Program-made: the position numbers and the translations under genes
Notes under the pieces: generated by a model
Seen by the model: only the letters and a program-made list of their open reading frames with translations
Databases searched by the model: none
Told to the model about the DNA's origin: nothing
In this document: positions 26,116-38,891 of the stretch, in pieces
Layout of the letters: every line of letters starts with the position of its first letter
Numbering within the stretch: the first letter of the stretch is position 1
DNA from: Octopus vulgaris
Taxonomy: Eukaryota
Assembly (NCBI GenBank): GCA_951406725.2
Contig: OX597832.1
Span: 35,092,001 to 35,156,000, forward strand
DNA length: 64,000 bases
Reading direction: 5' to 3'

Positions 26116-26989
26116 TGTGTGTCTAATACATACCATGGTACCATAACTCCAGCTGGAGTTATTGGAGCATTTTCATGCTTATAAATATTATTAACATGTT
26201 TAAGCCTAGTGAAACCCATCCCTTTCTAGATAGTTTTCCACGAAAAAGAGACACATGTAGGAAAAGAATGTGTGAGAGAGAGAGAGAGAGAGAATACAAA
26301 AGCCCAAAAAACCCTAACCCTAACTCCGATGGTCATTGAAGTCAAGAGAGCAAAGAGCCAGAATGAATACTGCTGGGAATTCTGTCTGACACTCTCATGA
26401 CTCTGCCCATTCATTGGCTTTTATTCTGTCTGTCTGTTTGTCTGTCCATTGGATAGACTACCCAACAATGCATCCTAATAATTGGCTCCTTGTCCTTGAT
26501 ACTGAACTTTGGCTTGAGACAATAAAGAACAAAGTTCAGCTCTTCGTTTGTTATTCCGTGAAATTTGTGGCCTCTAGTTATGTAGTCCACAGGAATTCAG
26601 CAATATCACACAATGTTAAAATAAATATACTCATTGCAGATTTGGGATAATAATTAACATATCCCCCTTTTGCAAACCTTGTTAAGTAAGGAAACATGTA
26701 CAGGACGTTTTGCACCACATGCAGTGCTCAGGCTGGAACCAAAAAGACAATCAATCAGGGAGTACAAGGGAGGCCAAGCAAACAGAAGATATATCTGTAT
26801 GGATACTAATGGGACTCATGTAAGATTCCTTGGTAAACTATGGCGTAGGTGACAGGGTATTAATAAGACAACGAATGGGATAAACACATGGTACGACACA
26901 GACAAGTTTCAAGGGGTAATGCTTGTAGATATTACACTGAAAGCCTTTAGTGATTCTGAAGTCAGAATTAAGGTTGTAGAAAAACTAGG

Positions 26990-27478
26990 GAGCGTTGACA
27001 GAGCGGCTAACCAGCTTCCATGCCAGTGGCACATAAAAGGGCACCATTCAAGTGTGATCGTTACCAGCGTCGCCTTACTGGCACTTGTGCCCATGCTAGT
27101 AGGGTGCCAAGAGCACCATCTGAGCGTGATTGTTGCCAGAGCAGCCAACTGGCTTCCGTGCCGGTGGCACGTAAAAGGACACCATTCAAGCGTGATCGTT
27201 ACCAACATCACCTTACTGACACCTGTGCCGGTGGCATGTGTAAAAAGATTCGAGTGAGGTCATTGGCAGTACCGCCTGGCTGGCCCCGTGCTGGTGGCAC
27301 GTAAAAAGCACCCACTACACTCTCAGAGTGGTTGGCGTTAGGAAGGGCATCCAGCTGTAGAAACACTACCAGATCAAGATTGGAGTCTGGTGCAGCCATC
27401 TGGTTCGCCAGCCCTCAGTCAAAATCATCCAACCCATGCTAGCATGGAAAGCGGATGTTAAATGATGATGATGATGAT
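26990..27478 (+). mobile_element. RTE 3'-end-derived element with tandem structured units
   Basis: Same units and (GAT)n terminus as 10068-10641. Confidence 0.85.
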
Positions 27479-28058
27479 AAGCAGAAGGTACCCCCTTGAT
27501 AAGACTATGTATACAAACAGGGGCTGTGTTTTGCATGTAATTGACCATAGTATTAAGTAGTTTGCTAAATGGGGAAGCAACACTTCTTTTAAACTTGTAT
27601 TTGAGTTCAAACTTTTTGTGAAAGATTGTTCATATTTCCTTATTAATCTTTATTTGGTTGATTAACACTTCAAAATTCTTGCGGTTTCATCTTCTGAATA
27701 AAGTGATGGTTGTAGGGTATTGTTGCTGCATTTTATAACATAGGAAAGCTGATATAATTGATAAAATCTTCATTGCCAAATTAAAAATTTTTTAACATTG
27801 ATCTCCTACTTTCGAAGTTTATTCCATAAGCGCTGTGTTTGAGCATGAAATGTTGAATTTTTTCATGATTGCTACATTTATACTACTACTACTACTACTA
27901 ATGATAATAATAATAATAATAATAATAATAATGGTTTCAAATTTTGGCAAAAGAGCAGCAATTTGGAGGGAGGGGATGAGTTGATTACATTGACCCCAGT
28001 GTTCAACTGGTACTTATTCTATCGACCCCAAAAGTGCCCCTAATCATTCCGCCTGGCA

Positions 28059-28093
<35 letters not shown>

Positions 28094-28460
28094 GTGTGTA
28101 TATATATGCATGCACATATGTCTTGAACCTTAATTATATAAAAATGTACTTTGAATCTTTTTATGGTGGATATTCCCATTTGAAAGATTTAATTGAAAGA
28201 ATTTCACTGTATGCTGAGATAAAGTATATCTCCCTATCAAAATATAAGCTCTTTATTCAGTTTACAAGTTGCTTTCTTTTTAAAAGCTTTAGCCATAATA
28301 GTATTAATGTAGTTGATCGATATTGTTTCTTGGCTTTGTGTTTCAAGTTTAGAAATACAGTAATATTAAATTAACCAACTAAAATACATTTAAATTTAAT
28401 TTAAACAAAAAAATGACCCTGTGTTTTTAACTAACTAATCTTTAGACCTTTTCTTTACAG

Positions 28461-28556
28461 GCATACCCTTCATTGAAACCCTTATCGAGCTGGGTGGAAG
28501 ACTTAATCACACGAGTGAAGTTTATCAAACAATGGATCGAAAAGGGGATCCCTTTT
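28461..28556 (+). CDS. DNAH1: DNAH1-like exon
   Basis: AG/GT bounded. Encodes AYPSLKPLSSWVEDLITRVKFIKQWIEKGIPF. Confidence 0.96.
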
Positions 28557-29799
28557 GTAAGTTGAATTTGTTTAATAGCTTTTGTTGAATGAATCTGAAA
28601 GGGAGAAGAAAAGCTGGTATTTAAATGTAAACTCATTTAACAAATCAAAGTCAACCAAGAATTATCCTTTGATAGAACCAATAAGGCTTCAGTCAAAATA
28701 TTTCGGTACCCATTAATGTCAAATTTGTGAAAGCCAGCAGACAAAAGACAACCTCTCCTTTCTTACATAAAACCACAGACCAGTGATGCTCAGGTACTGA
28801 GTGAGTGCATGCAGAATAGGTTTGTTGTTTAGCACACATCTTGGACAGGCTCTGCTGATGGCATTTCTGAGCCTTTTCATCTCAAACCAACAATGTTCTC
28901 TAGTAGCACTGCTGGGCCAGAGATTTCTGGAAATTATTTCTGCATGCTGGTCCCACAGTTCTCCAGATGAGATGAGCCAATCGATTTTCATTGATATCCA
29001 GAGATTTCCTGAGCATACCATCATATTTACCTTCCATAGAATAACAATATTGAACTTCAACCCACCATGTTGTTTGACTTAGGACTTCTGCTTTCTCAAA
29101 GAGATGAAGAGTGAAAAAGCACATTTAGCAAACAGTGAGCACACCTGTTGTTTACTGTCAAGGAATTTCTGGAGCTGTCACAACCTCCATGCATGCTTGC
29201 ACATCATCAGCCACGCTATGCCCAGTCCTTCACTTAGTGGCTATGACAGCAAATGGAGTACCTGGCTAGTAGGGTAACATGTTCCTTCCACAAAAAGTGG
29301 GAGAGCAGATGCTCCTGTTCAGTAAGTCATAAACTAGAGCAAGGCACAATTGTTAGGCAGCAACAGATGATGCATGCAGTATAGGCATTCACTACCACTG
29401 ACCAATCTCTCCGGAATAGCATTCTCTGGGTCCATTTCTGGGTGAGATAGGCCACCCTGCTCATGGTTCAAGAGTCAGTGCACGAGGGAAAAGTGAGAAG
29501 GGACAACCTTGATAGGCTGAGTGCTTTCAGTTGGTGACTGTTCACTTTATCACTGAATGCCACTGTCCATTGCAGTGAGCCAATTGCAGAAGAATGCCAT
29601 GAAACCAGCTGCTGTGTGGATGACCACCAAGTATTGGTAGTTGACCCCATCGAAAGCTTTCTATTGATCTAAGTTGGTCAGGGTCCAACCCATGTCAGAC
29701 TCCTTACCCAACCTCTTTTTGATGGACTGAATGAGATGGAGGTTCAAGGCTAAAGGCAAAGAGTGACGGGTTCATCTCAGCTGCTCAAGATCAGAGTTT

Positions 29800-30598
29800 A
29801 TTGACCTTGAACTACCAAGCCAATGTGATGAAAAAATGTAGTAGAGTCAAAGTACCAATTCTGCAATGATGAGATTGAAACAAAAGACCACTTAATCTCT
29901 GAATGAAAAGTTTTAGCACCAGTGGAGTATAAATCCAGACATGACAGAGTTGGCCAACACTGGTTAATATGTCGGCATTAAAAATTCAAAACTGTTGACA
30001 AATGGTATAAGTAACACCTTAAGGGAGAAATTGTAACAATTCTTAAGGACTTCCCAGTACACACAGACAGAACCATAAAAGCTAATAAACTGGATATTGT
30101 TGTGAAAGACCAAAGCAATAAAGTTTGTTTATTGACATGAGCATACCTTGTGATCACAATGTCTCGACGAAAGAATTTGACAAGCTAAAAAATATAAAAA
30201 TTTGCTCATTGAAATTGAAAAAATGTGGCATCTGAAGATGGTTACAATACCAGTAATTGCAGAAGCACTTAAAATTTTCAAAAAAGGAACTGAAAATTAT
30301 ATGATGATAACCATTGACTTACCATCTATACAAGAAGTGCAAAAGATTGTTTTAACAGGTACATCACATGTACTGGGAAGAACAGTGTTGCTGTGAGAAC
30401 AATTACAACCCATGTAAAAATTTTTCCTTCTTTATTTTTATTTTCTTTTTTCATTCACATAACTTGACTTTGTAAATGAACAATCTAATGTGTTTATCTT
30501 AATGGCCTACCAATGTATATGGTGAGTTCCATTGCCCTGGGTGTCGGGAAGATACTCAGCAAGAAATGGAAACAAAATTGAAAGGCAAAGAAAACTAA

Positions 30599-30639
<41 letters not shown>

Positions 30640-31070
30640 GACTGTCCCAATCGATATAAACATATCTGTCAAGACCTACCAAAAACTGAGCAAATATAAA
30701 GATCTTGAAATAGAAATCAGCAAAATGTGGAGCCTGAAGACTAAAACAATACCTGTTGTCATAGATGCCCTGGGAATGATAGCAAAAGGGGCTGCTTGCT
30801 ACCTAACTCAGATGCCAGGAAACCCAAAAATAGCAGAAATTCAAAAGATAGTGCTCATGGGAACTGCTCATATCCTACGCAAAATACTTTCTATGTAATC
30901 TCAAGTTTTAAAACAAACATAATTTTCTTATGGTTTTTTTAGACATTCACTTGTACAACACTAAATACAAAACCGAATATATGGCACCCTAGGCACCAAC
31001 TTGTCACTTGAGGTCTGTGGGTGAGACTTGGAGCCAACTTGTACAAATGTAAAGCAAAAGTCAAACAGAA
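29800..31070 (+). mobile_element. Two tandem R4/Dong-like RLE 3' fragments separated and followed by (TAA)n
   Basis: First: PVHTDRTIKANKLDIVVKD..., LIEIEKMWHLKMVTIPVI...VQKIVLTGTSHVL. Second: KYKDLEIEISKMWSLKTKTIPVVIDALG...IQKIVLMGTAHILRK. (TAA)n at 30597-30639 and 31069-31091. Confidence 0.78.
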
Positions 31071-31090
31071 TAATAATAATAATAATAATA

Positions 31091-31295
31091 ATCCTTTCTA
31101 CCATAGGCACAAGGCCTGAAATTTTGAGGAAGTGGGAAAGTCGATAATGCTTGACTTGTACTTATTTTAATGACCCCCAAAAGGATGAAAGACAAAGTTG
31201 ACCATGACAGAATTTGAACTCAGAAAATAGAGGTGGATGAAATACCTCTAAACATGTTTTCCAGCATGCTAAAAATTTTGATAATTTGTCACCTT
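31091..31295 (-). mobile_element. SINE family 2 variant (alternative tail)
   Basis: Central AAAGGATGAAAGACAAAGTTGACC on +. Tail matches 38682-38891. Confidence 0.7.
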
Positions 31296-31329
31296 AATAA
31301 TGAAAATAATAATAATTGCATAAGCGGTA

Positions 31330-32230
31330 TATTTCTACTTCAGCTGCTGAAGAGGTATGCCAACAACTATATGAGTAAAATGTCATGTCTGATGAAGAGG
31401 AAGTCTGTCAAAAAAAGAGAAAAATAGAAAAAATGGTTGGGGGAAAGGCAGTTAATAATTGGTGTTGAGGAATTGCTGGAAGAGATGGGCAAATTTATGC
31501 ATCTCATGGATTATGGAAACATATATGACTTAGCTGCACACTTGTGGATCAAGCAATCTAGAATTGTTCAAAATCTTGAAAAGCGTTTGGTGCCTAATAG
31601 TGAATGCAATACAAAATTGAAGAGAGTAAGAGTTTAACATCAGAAGGGAAAGATTAGCAGAATCTTTCAAGGTAACAGCCTCTCTCCTATCTTGTTTGTT
31701 ATTACACTCTTCTCTGCCAATTATACAAAACAAAACAAGCACAGGTATATTTCCTATGATTAAACTGACCCAAAAGCTGACCGATTAACTAGACTGCTCT
31801 CCCAAATGCAGAAGGTGTAATGAGTCAGAAGAGACAATTGTTCACATTGTATTAGAATGTATACAGTTTGAGAAGATGAATACAAAAAGCATGGGCATGA
31901 TAAGATTGCTGCGATAATTCACTAGAATTTTGCCAAGAATTTCAGTTTTGCATGCACAGAAATGAGTGCAAAAATAATAGTCTTTAGAAAGCAAAGGAAA
32001 AGAACAGAACAGGCCAGATGTTGTAGGTATTGGCAAGAAGGAACTATGTGTTGTAATTGATATGAAATGCCCTTTTGACACCAAAGTATAAAGAAAGATG
32101 AGGAAAAACAGTATTATTCTGATGTAGAGTAAGGAATCTGGAACAGGACTAGATCAGAAATGTTAACAAAACAATTGTTGTGGAACAAAGGAGTAGGTGC
32201 AGTGCAGAAAACATGGATTCAGCAAGAATT
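31330..32230 (+). mobile_element. Highly degenerate R4/Dong-like RT and zinc-knuckle fragment
   Basis: IFQGNSLSPILF (~31661-31700) and SPKCRRCNESEETIVHIVLEC (~31798-31860). Confidence 0.6.
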
Positions 32231-32400
32231 ATTCAGGAAGTCTTTTATACAAAGCAAGAACAGGTACAAAAAGCAGAAAAAAAGACTTTTATACAGAAGG
32301 TACAGAATAATCGTCATCATAGATGAGTGATGGTTTGATAGGGAGCATAATTCAAGCAAGCACAATACCAATTTTATGAAGCAACAAAATAATAGTAATT

Positions 32401-32757
32401 TCATCATCATCGTTTAACGTCCGTTTTCCATGCTAGCATGTGTTGGATGGTTTGACTGGAGTCTGGGAAGCCAGGAGGCTGCACCAGGCTCCAGTCTGAT
32501 CTGGCAGTGTTTCTACATTGGCCATGTTCGGATGGTGCTTTTTACATGCCACCAGCACAGGTATCATAACTACAATTTCCATTTGATTTTTATTTTGATG
32601 TTAATGTACTTGACTCAATAGGTCTCCTCAAGCACAGCAGGTCATGTGCCACCGGCACGGAAGCTAGTCAAGGCGGCGCTGGCATCGGCCACGTTCGGAC
32701 GGTGCTTTTTACATGCCGCTGGCACAGGTATCATAACTACAATTTCCATTTGATATT
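32401..32757 (-). mobile_element. RTE 3'-end-derived element
   Basis: Reverse complement of the CATGCTAGCATGGAAAACGGACGTTAAAC(GAT)n terminus and of the GGTGGCATGTAAAAAGCACC units. Confidence 0.82.
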
Positions 32758-33011
32758 TCTAGTTAAGTATTAGGCTAATCCACATATTCAAGTGGAGTAT
32801 ATTTGATTGAATCAGTTCTTAGTTCTCAACCCTGAATGATGAAAATCACAGTTGCTCTTGGTGGCATCTTGTGAGTGAAAGTAGCAAGAAATCCATGGAA
32901 GTATTTAAAGATGTATGGTTAAAAGAGAAAAATAGGAATTGTCTCAAAACCTTACTGAAAACAATTATGTTACAATACTTTATATATTTATTATTTTTAT
33001 TAATTCTTCAG

Positions 33012-33122
33012 GTGTACTGGATCTCAGGATTTTTCTTCCCACAAGCCTTCCTTACAGGAACTCTGCAGAACTTTGCACGCAGAGCACACATTTCCATTGA
33101 TACAATCTCTTTTAAATTCGAG
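33012..33122 (+). CDS. DNAH1: DNAH1-like exon
   Basis: AG/GT bounded. Encodes [37 protein letters not shown]. Confidence 0.97.
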
Positions 33123-34288
33123 GTATTGTTCGCTTCCATTCTATGCATGTGTGTACTTGTGTTTGTGCATGTTTGTATATTTGTCTACATACATGCATGT
33201 CTGTACTTTTGAGTATGTACTTGCAGGTATCAGTGTGTGTGTGTGTGTGTGTGTATATGGTATATGAGGTTGTATTTGCGTGTATCCTGAGTATAATTGA
33301 GTAGTTTTGGGTGCGAGTTTGTTGTTAAGGTCATAACTTGAATTCAACAAGATCATCGTTTTTCATTATGTAGTTTCATGTTAATATTTAAAATATTCCA
33401 TGATTTAATCAAGATAAACTTCAGATATTTTAGCAAAAGTTATTTCTTTGAACTCATCCAACATGAAACAGTAATATTAGATTGATGAAAATTTTAAATT
33501 CCAAAAGAATTTAGAGAATAATTGAATTCTAAGCATAGTAAGATTGTATTTTTTTATTTTTGTTTAAGAATATATTTAATTCTTGCTTTAGAATATTTTT
33601 TAGCTTTTAAAGAGAGAATGCAGATTTGACAACAGATGGCAAAATTTCTGACATAGTGGGAGCTTCGTTCAACTTCACTGCAGTCACAGTTACACATACA
33701 ATTGAAAAACTCTGCGGAGATATTTGGAATTTTGGTAGACACACAAATAATTTTCTAGTAAAATAGTTTATATTCTCAAGCAATACAATATTATGTCTGA
33801 AAAGATAAAGCAAAAACTTTATTTTAATTGGTTTCGTATGAAAAGGGCTGTGCCCATGGATTTTGCAATTTTCAAAAGTAGTGAGATGGATGTGGTAATT
33901 ATTTCTCTTGGAAAGTTGAAAGGCAGCAGCTACAAGAAAATTTATGGAAGGAATTCCAGAATGACTACATTCTAAGGTCATAAGAGTGGTTATAGTGATT
34001 AGTGTAAAGTCTTGGAGAGTTAATTAGAAAAAGGAAGAGTGCATGGGCATGAAACCAGTCAGCTCTGAGGAGCAGAGGTCATTGCAGTAATGTTAGAGAA
34101 GACAGATAGGGGAGACAGTTCATTTGGGGACCGTAAGTTAGAGTTCACTGGGGATTGATCACATGTTAATCAGTCAGGTGGGGATTTGGGGTTGGGGAGG
34201 ATACAGTTGTGAATATTTGCATGAATAACAACAGTATAAGTCAACAATTGATGGTTTGTTAAATCTGTAGTTTCTTGCCTATTTCTAG

Positions 34289-34523
34289 ATTTTGAAAGAG
34301 TCAGCACAGGAAATATCCGATCATCCAGTTGTAGGTTGCTATATCTATGGTTTATTCGTAGAAGGTGCCAGATGGTGTGGAGATGAACACTGTTTGACTG
34401 AAAGTAGACCAAAAGAACTTTTCACAGACATGGCTACCATCTGGTTGATCCCTATGTCCAACAAACCACCATTGCTAACTGGTATCTATGAATGTCCTGT
34501 ATATAAAACACTCACCAGAGCAG
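34289..34523 (+). CDS. DNAH1: DNAH1-like exon
   Basis: AG/GT bounded, ends in phase 1. Encodes ILKESAQ...GCYIYGLFVEGARW...ESRPKELF...YECPVYKTLTRA. Confidence 0.97.
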
Positions 34524-36379
34524 GTAAGAACATTTTTATATTAATTACTTTCCCTTGTTTTATTAGTTTATATTTTCAGGAGTGAATTTATAAAGTTGAC
34601 ACAATGGCTGCGAGGTGAAGTTTGAACTGAATTATTCTCCATTTTGTAGTTCTGTTTTGCATCTTTAATTTATTCTTAAATTTATTATTTAGTTTAAGGA
34701 GAATGAGTGCATCTTTTGCATTTGCTGATCCCAGGCAATAGATTCTGCAGGAGTTACTATTCAGCTTGAATTTATTTAGGTTGATTCTCAAGGAGAAAAT
34801 TTGAGCAAAATATTCAATGCACAGTGGAAAAATACACAAGGAGGTGGGACTGATCAACTGATAGGTTTGGGCACAAGTGTTTAAGTGCTTAACAACTGTA
34901 ATAGTAATTGCAATAGAAAAGCTGATGATATAAAAAAAATTACATTTTTTAGTTAATGGCTGTGGTGAATCTTTGCTGGTCAACTGAATAAGTCTTCCTT
35001 TGTATATGTCTCTATGTGAGATGAGATAGTAAAACTATCCCAAATGGAATTAGAGGTGAAGCAATGTTTGAGCTCTGTAGAGGAGCCTATTCTTTGAAAC
35101 TAATGTTGTTATTAGTAACTATGCATTGACCCGTCACTAAACAGCCTGTTAAAATAATTTTTAATCAAGCATGTACCTTCATTGAATAGTAGACAGTTAT
35201 AGAGTGAGAGTTTCATTAGTTATAATGGTGACAACACTACCTACCTATCTTTCATGGACACTCACTCAAACACACACTCTCTCTCTCTCTCTCTCTCACA
35301 CTGTATTTCTGTCTGAACAACAACCTGTTTTTTCTTGAAACAGATTTTAATTCTTTCTCTTTCTCTCTCTCATCAACTACAACAGCCTGTCATTATAGTG
35401 GTGAAATGAAAATCTTTTAAAAGTCTGTGTTGTATCATCTCTGTGTTGAAAGACATACAGAAATGCACACAGACACACACACACAAAATAACTATATTGT
35501 TACATAGTGAAAGTCTTTTTTTATTTTGAAGCTGTGTTGCATTGTGTTGACAGATTTGCACTTAATCAAAACTTGTTAGTTACTATGGTGACAAAACTAT
35601 CTGTCTATCTATCTTTCATGCAAGCACTCACGCACACATTCACTCACAATTCATCTTTCTTTCTTTCTATCTCACTGTATTTCTCGTTCAACAACAACTT
35701 CTTCTCCACTCCTTCTTCCCTCCTTGTAAATATACCTAGTGACATAGTTATCTCCCCTACCTTTTTTTTTCTTCACATATTTCTTGTGATGGACAGAAAG
35801 ATGGAGATCAGCTTCTCTTTTATGATGTCTATGTAACTGAAGTCAGAAAGTGGATCTTACAGAAGTGCATGCATCATCTTTTGAAAAGACACTGCAACAT
35901 AGGATATAGTCTAAAGTGGTGAGATTAGTTGTAAATAGTGGATGAGATACTTGTGTATCTGAGAGGAATAATGCGTTAGTTATTGTCATTATTTTGTCTC
36001 CTATTTCAATGCTTATAGGAGAGGAAGGGAGTCCAATGGCTAGTAGTTAAGAAAGGTGATGGTGGAAGGTGTTGAACAGGGATAGATCCAGTATCACCTC
36101 TCATTGCATAGGGAGAGAATTAGAGTACAAGGTAGTGGCAGCAGTGGTGGTGGTGATGGTGGCCCCACCTTTTCCCCTGATCACAACTACAGCCATATAC
36201 CTTCAGACATTTTTTCATCTCAACCGTAATTACCAAATACATTAAAATATTTAACATAAAAAGTAAATAGGAAACTGCACTGAAAGTTTAAATAATTAAC
36301 GTTATTGTTGTTGTTGTTTTCATAGCTTATCTGTATGTGTGTGTGTGCGTGCACATGTCTATGTATTTACATACCTACA

Positions 36380-37020
36380 TTCATTCTTTGCTGTTTTAAA
36401 TTCTTTGAAATCTTCCTCATAGGTAGAAGTTAGTTTCTAACAAAGATACAAAGTTCCATTGTTGGAAACAAAAATATCACATTTTAAATTTGAAAAAAGT
36501 ATTGCATATCTTTACTGTTCCTCTTACAAACTGTACAAATTAGCTGATTAATATTTATTTTCTGAAAGCTTTACCTTATCCAGATTGATACTTAGGCATT
36601 TACTCACAAAACCAAGAGGTATAAATGTGACTATATAGTCTGGATTTAAAAGCTAGCTGTTTTGAAACAGTTATCTGTGGTTGTCCTCTTTCTCTTTGAT
36701 TTTCCAAAAGATAGTCACACCAGCAGCACAGCTATTCTCTATGGTCGTACTTTTTCTTGTGTGCTCCAAACAACAATATCTGGTCTCTTATGTTTACACT
36801 TGACAGCTGTTTCAAAGGGAATGTTCCACTAGTATTCCTTGTGTTTATCTATGTCAATTACAAGGGGATTCTCTATATTAATTCCAGGACAGTCTTTTTT
36901 CCGGATGACATTGTATATTGTTTTTGCAACCATGTCGTGCCCCATAGGAAGGTAGTAACTTTGATTACATTTCTGGGCAGCTGCTAATCACATGTGTACT
37001 GTCTTCCACAGAAATATGAC
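36380..37020 (-). mobile_element. RLE-bearing (R4-like) 3' fragment, paralog of 18590-19250
   Basis: Shared blocks such as GGCATTTACTCACAAAA, GAAGGTAGTAACTTTGAT and CTGCTAATCACATG. Confidence 0.7.
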
Positions 37021-37144
37021 ATAATCCACATTTACAGTTGTATCTTAAAACTCTAAGGGCTCCATTGTCTCTTTTGTTGATTAAGTATTTAGCAGCAATC
37101 TCCTTTTCTTGCATTTTCTAAATGCATCACTTGCTTTTTTAATT

Positions 37145-37185
<41 letters not shown>

Positions 37186-37436
37186 GCTTAAATACATGAA
37201 TTTATTCACAACCTGACATTTCTGTCCAAACACATAAATGTTTCGCTCAGAGTGGGCTTCACCTGGTGAAGTTTGGTTTGAGATGAGAATGCGCTGCATG
37301 CTGCCGAGGAGTTCATAAGATGTGGCATTTCTCTCTTGGAGTGAGCAACAAGATCATACTTGTCAGTATACAGGAATTTGCATATTAGTGGTGACAAGGG
37401 CATTGTTTTGACAGCAATCCATTTTATAACTCATGG

Positions 37437-37997
37437 CTTTTGCCAGTGGTGTAACCAGTCCACCTATGCATACCTTTCCTTCTTTGGACACAAGACTCTG
37501 CTTGTGAAGACCTGTTGGGGCAAGTGAAATCGAAATTGAACCAAATCTTATGACTGGCACCCGGCCATTGCCAGTGCCGCTGGACACTACTCCTGTGCAG
37601 GTGGCAAGTAAAGAAACACTGTTTCAACCCTGTGCTTGAGGAGATCTATTGAGTCAAGTACATCAACAGCAAAAGTCAATGAAAATTGTAGTCGTGATCC
37701 CTGTGCCGGTGGCACGTAAAAAGCACCATCCGTACGTGGCCAATGCCAGCGCCACATTGACTGGCTTCTGTGCCGGTGGCATGTAAAAAGCACCAACCGA
37801 TCGTGGCCATTGCCAGTCTCGCCTGGCACGTAAAATGCACCCACTACACTCATGGAGTGGTTGGCATTAGGAAGGACATCCAGCCATAGAAACACTGCCA
37901 GATCAAACTTGAGCCTGGTGCAGCCTCCTAGCTTCCCAGACCCCAGTCAAACCGTCCATGCTAGCATGGAAAACGTACGTTAAACGATGATGATGAT
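37437..37997 (+). mobile_element. RTE 3'-end-derived element with tandem structured units
   Basis: Same units and (GAT)n terminus as the other copies. Confidence 0.85.
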
Positions 37998-38681
37998 CCT
38001 ATCTAATGCCGATCCCATGTCAGCAATCTTGAAATCAAGTATACCATTGCAAACTACGAGGCAAACAATGTTGGCAGTGGTATATCCTCTTGCTTAAAAC
38101 AATTTCCAATCACAAATGGATGAGAGAGAGAGAGCTTACCATGAACACATGCTTTCATTTTATCTAGGAAAAGTTTGAGCATGGGGACAAACTAGTATGT
38201 GATCATTGAAGTTTATGCGGTTTATTCACCATTCGTGTGTAAATACACACACACACAATTACTGCTGGATGATTGTTGTCTCCCTCCATTGAGTTCATCC
38301 AGCTTTTATCAGGTTTTAGTTTTCATTCTACAGTATGTCTAACAAAAGCCTCTCTCATTTCCCAAGGCTGCTTAATAAGGTTGCTGGTTTACTTGCCAAC
38401 AGCCTGACCATGTTGTGATAAAAATCACCTGATGTCTACATGACAGACATACAAATAAACAGAGAAGAAGAGGAAGAAGAGGAAGGGTGATAGGGAGAGT
38501 CAAAGAGAGAGAGAGAGAGGTGGGGGAGAAGTAAGAAGAGGACAAAATTTTGAAAATTATTTAAGAAACAATATTTTTTTCACTCTTGGAGAACTGTGTG
38601 TGTGAATGTGTAATAATCCATGTGCATGTGTATGTGTGCAATTGTTATGAATGGCATGGATGATATTATGTGTATTTGTTG

Positions 38682-38891
38682 AAGGTAGTTCTGCTAGCAG
38701 AACCGTTAGCAAACTGGGCAAAATGATTAGCAGTATTTCATACGTTCTGAGTTCAAATTTCACTGAGGTCAACTTTGCCTTTTATCCTTTCGGAGTCGAT
38801 AAGTTAAGTACCAGTGAAATACTGGGGTTGATGTAATCGACTGCTTCCCTCCCACCAAGATTTCAGGCCTTGTGCCAATTGTAGAAAGGAT
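38682..38891 (+). mobile_element. SINE family 2 variant (alternative tail)
   Basis: Head GTTCTGAGTTCAAATTT, central GCCTTTTATCCTTTCGGAGTCGATAAGTTAAGTACCAG, tail TTTCAGGCCTTGTGCC...AGAAAGGAT. Confidence 0.8.

Noticed and set aside
28700-29060. Possible Tx1/L1 zinc-finger remnant (RACPRC...HAL) on the minus strand
   Set aside because: One weak motif; the family and boundaries cannot be supported by eye.
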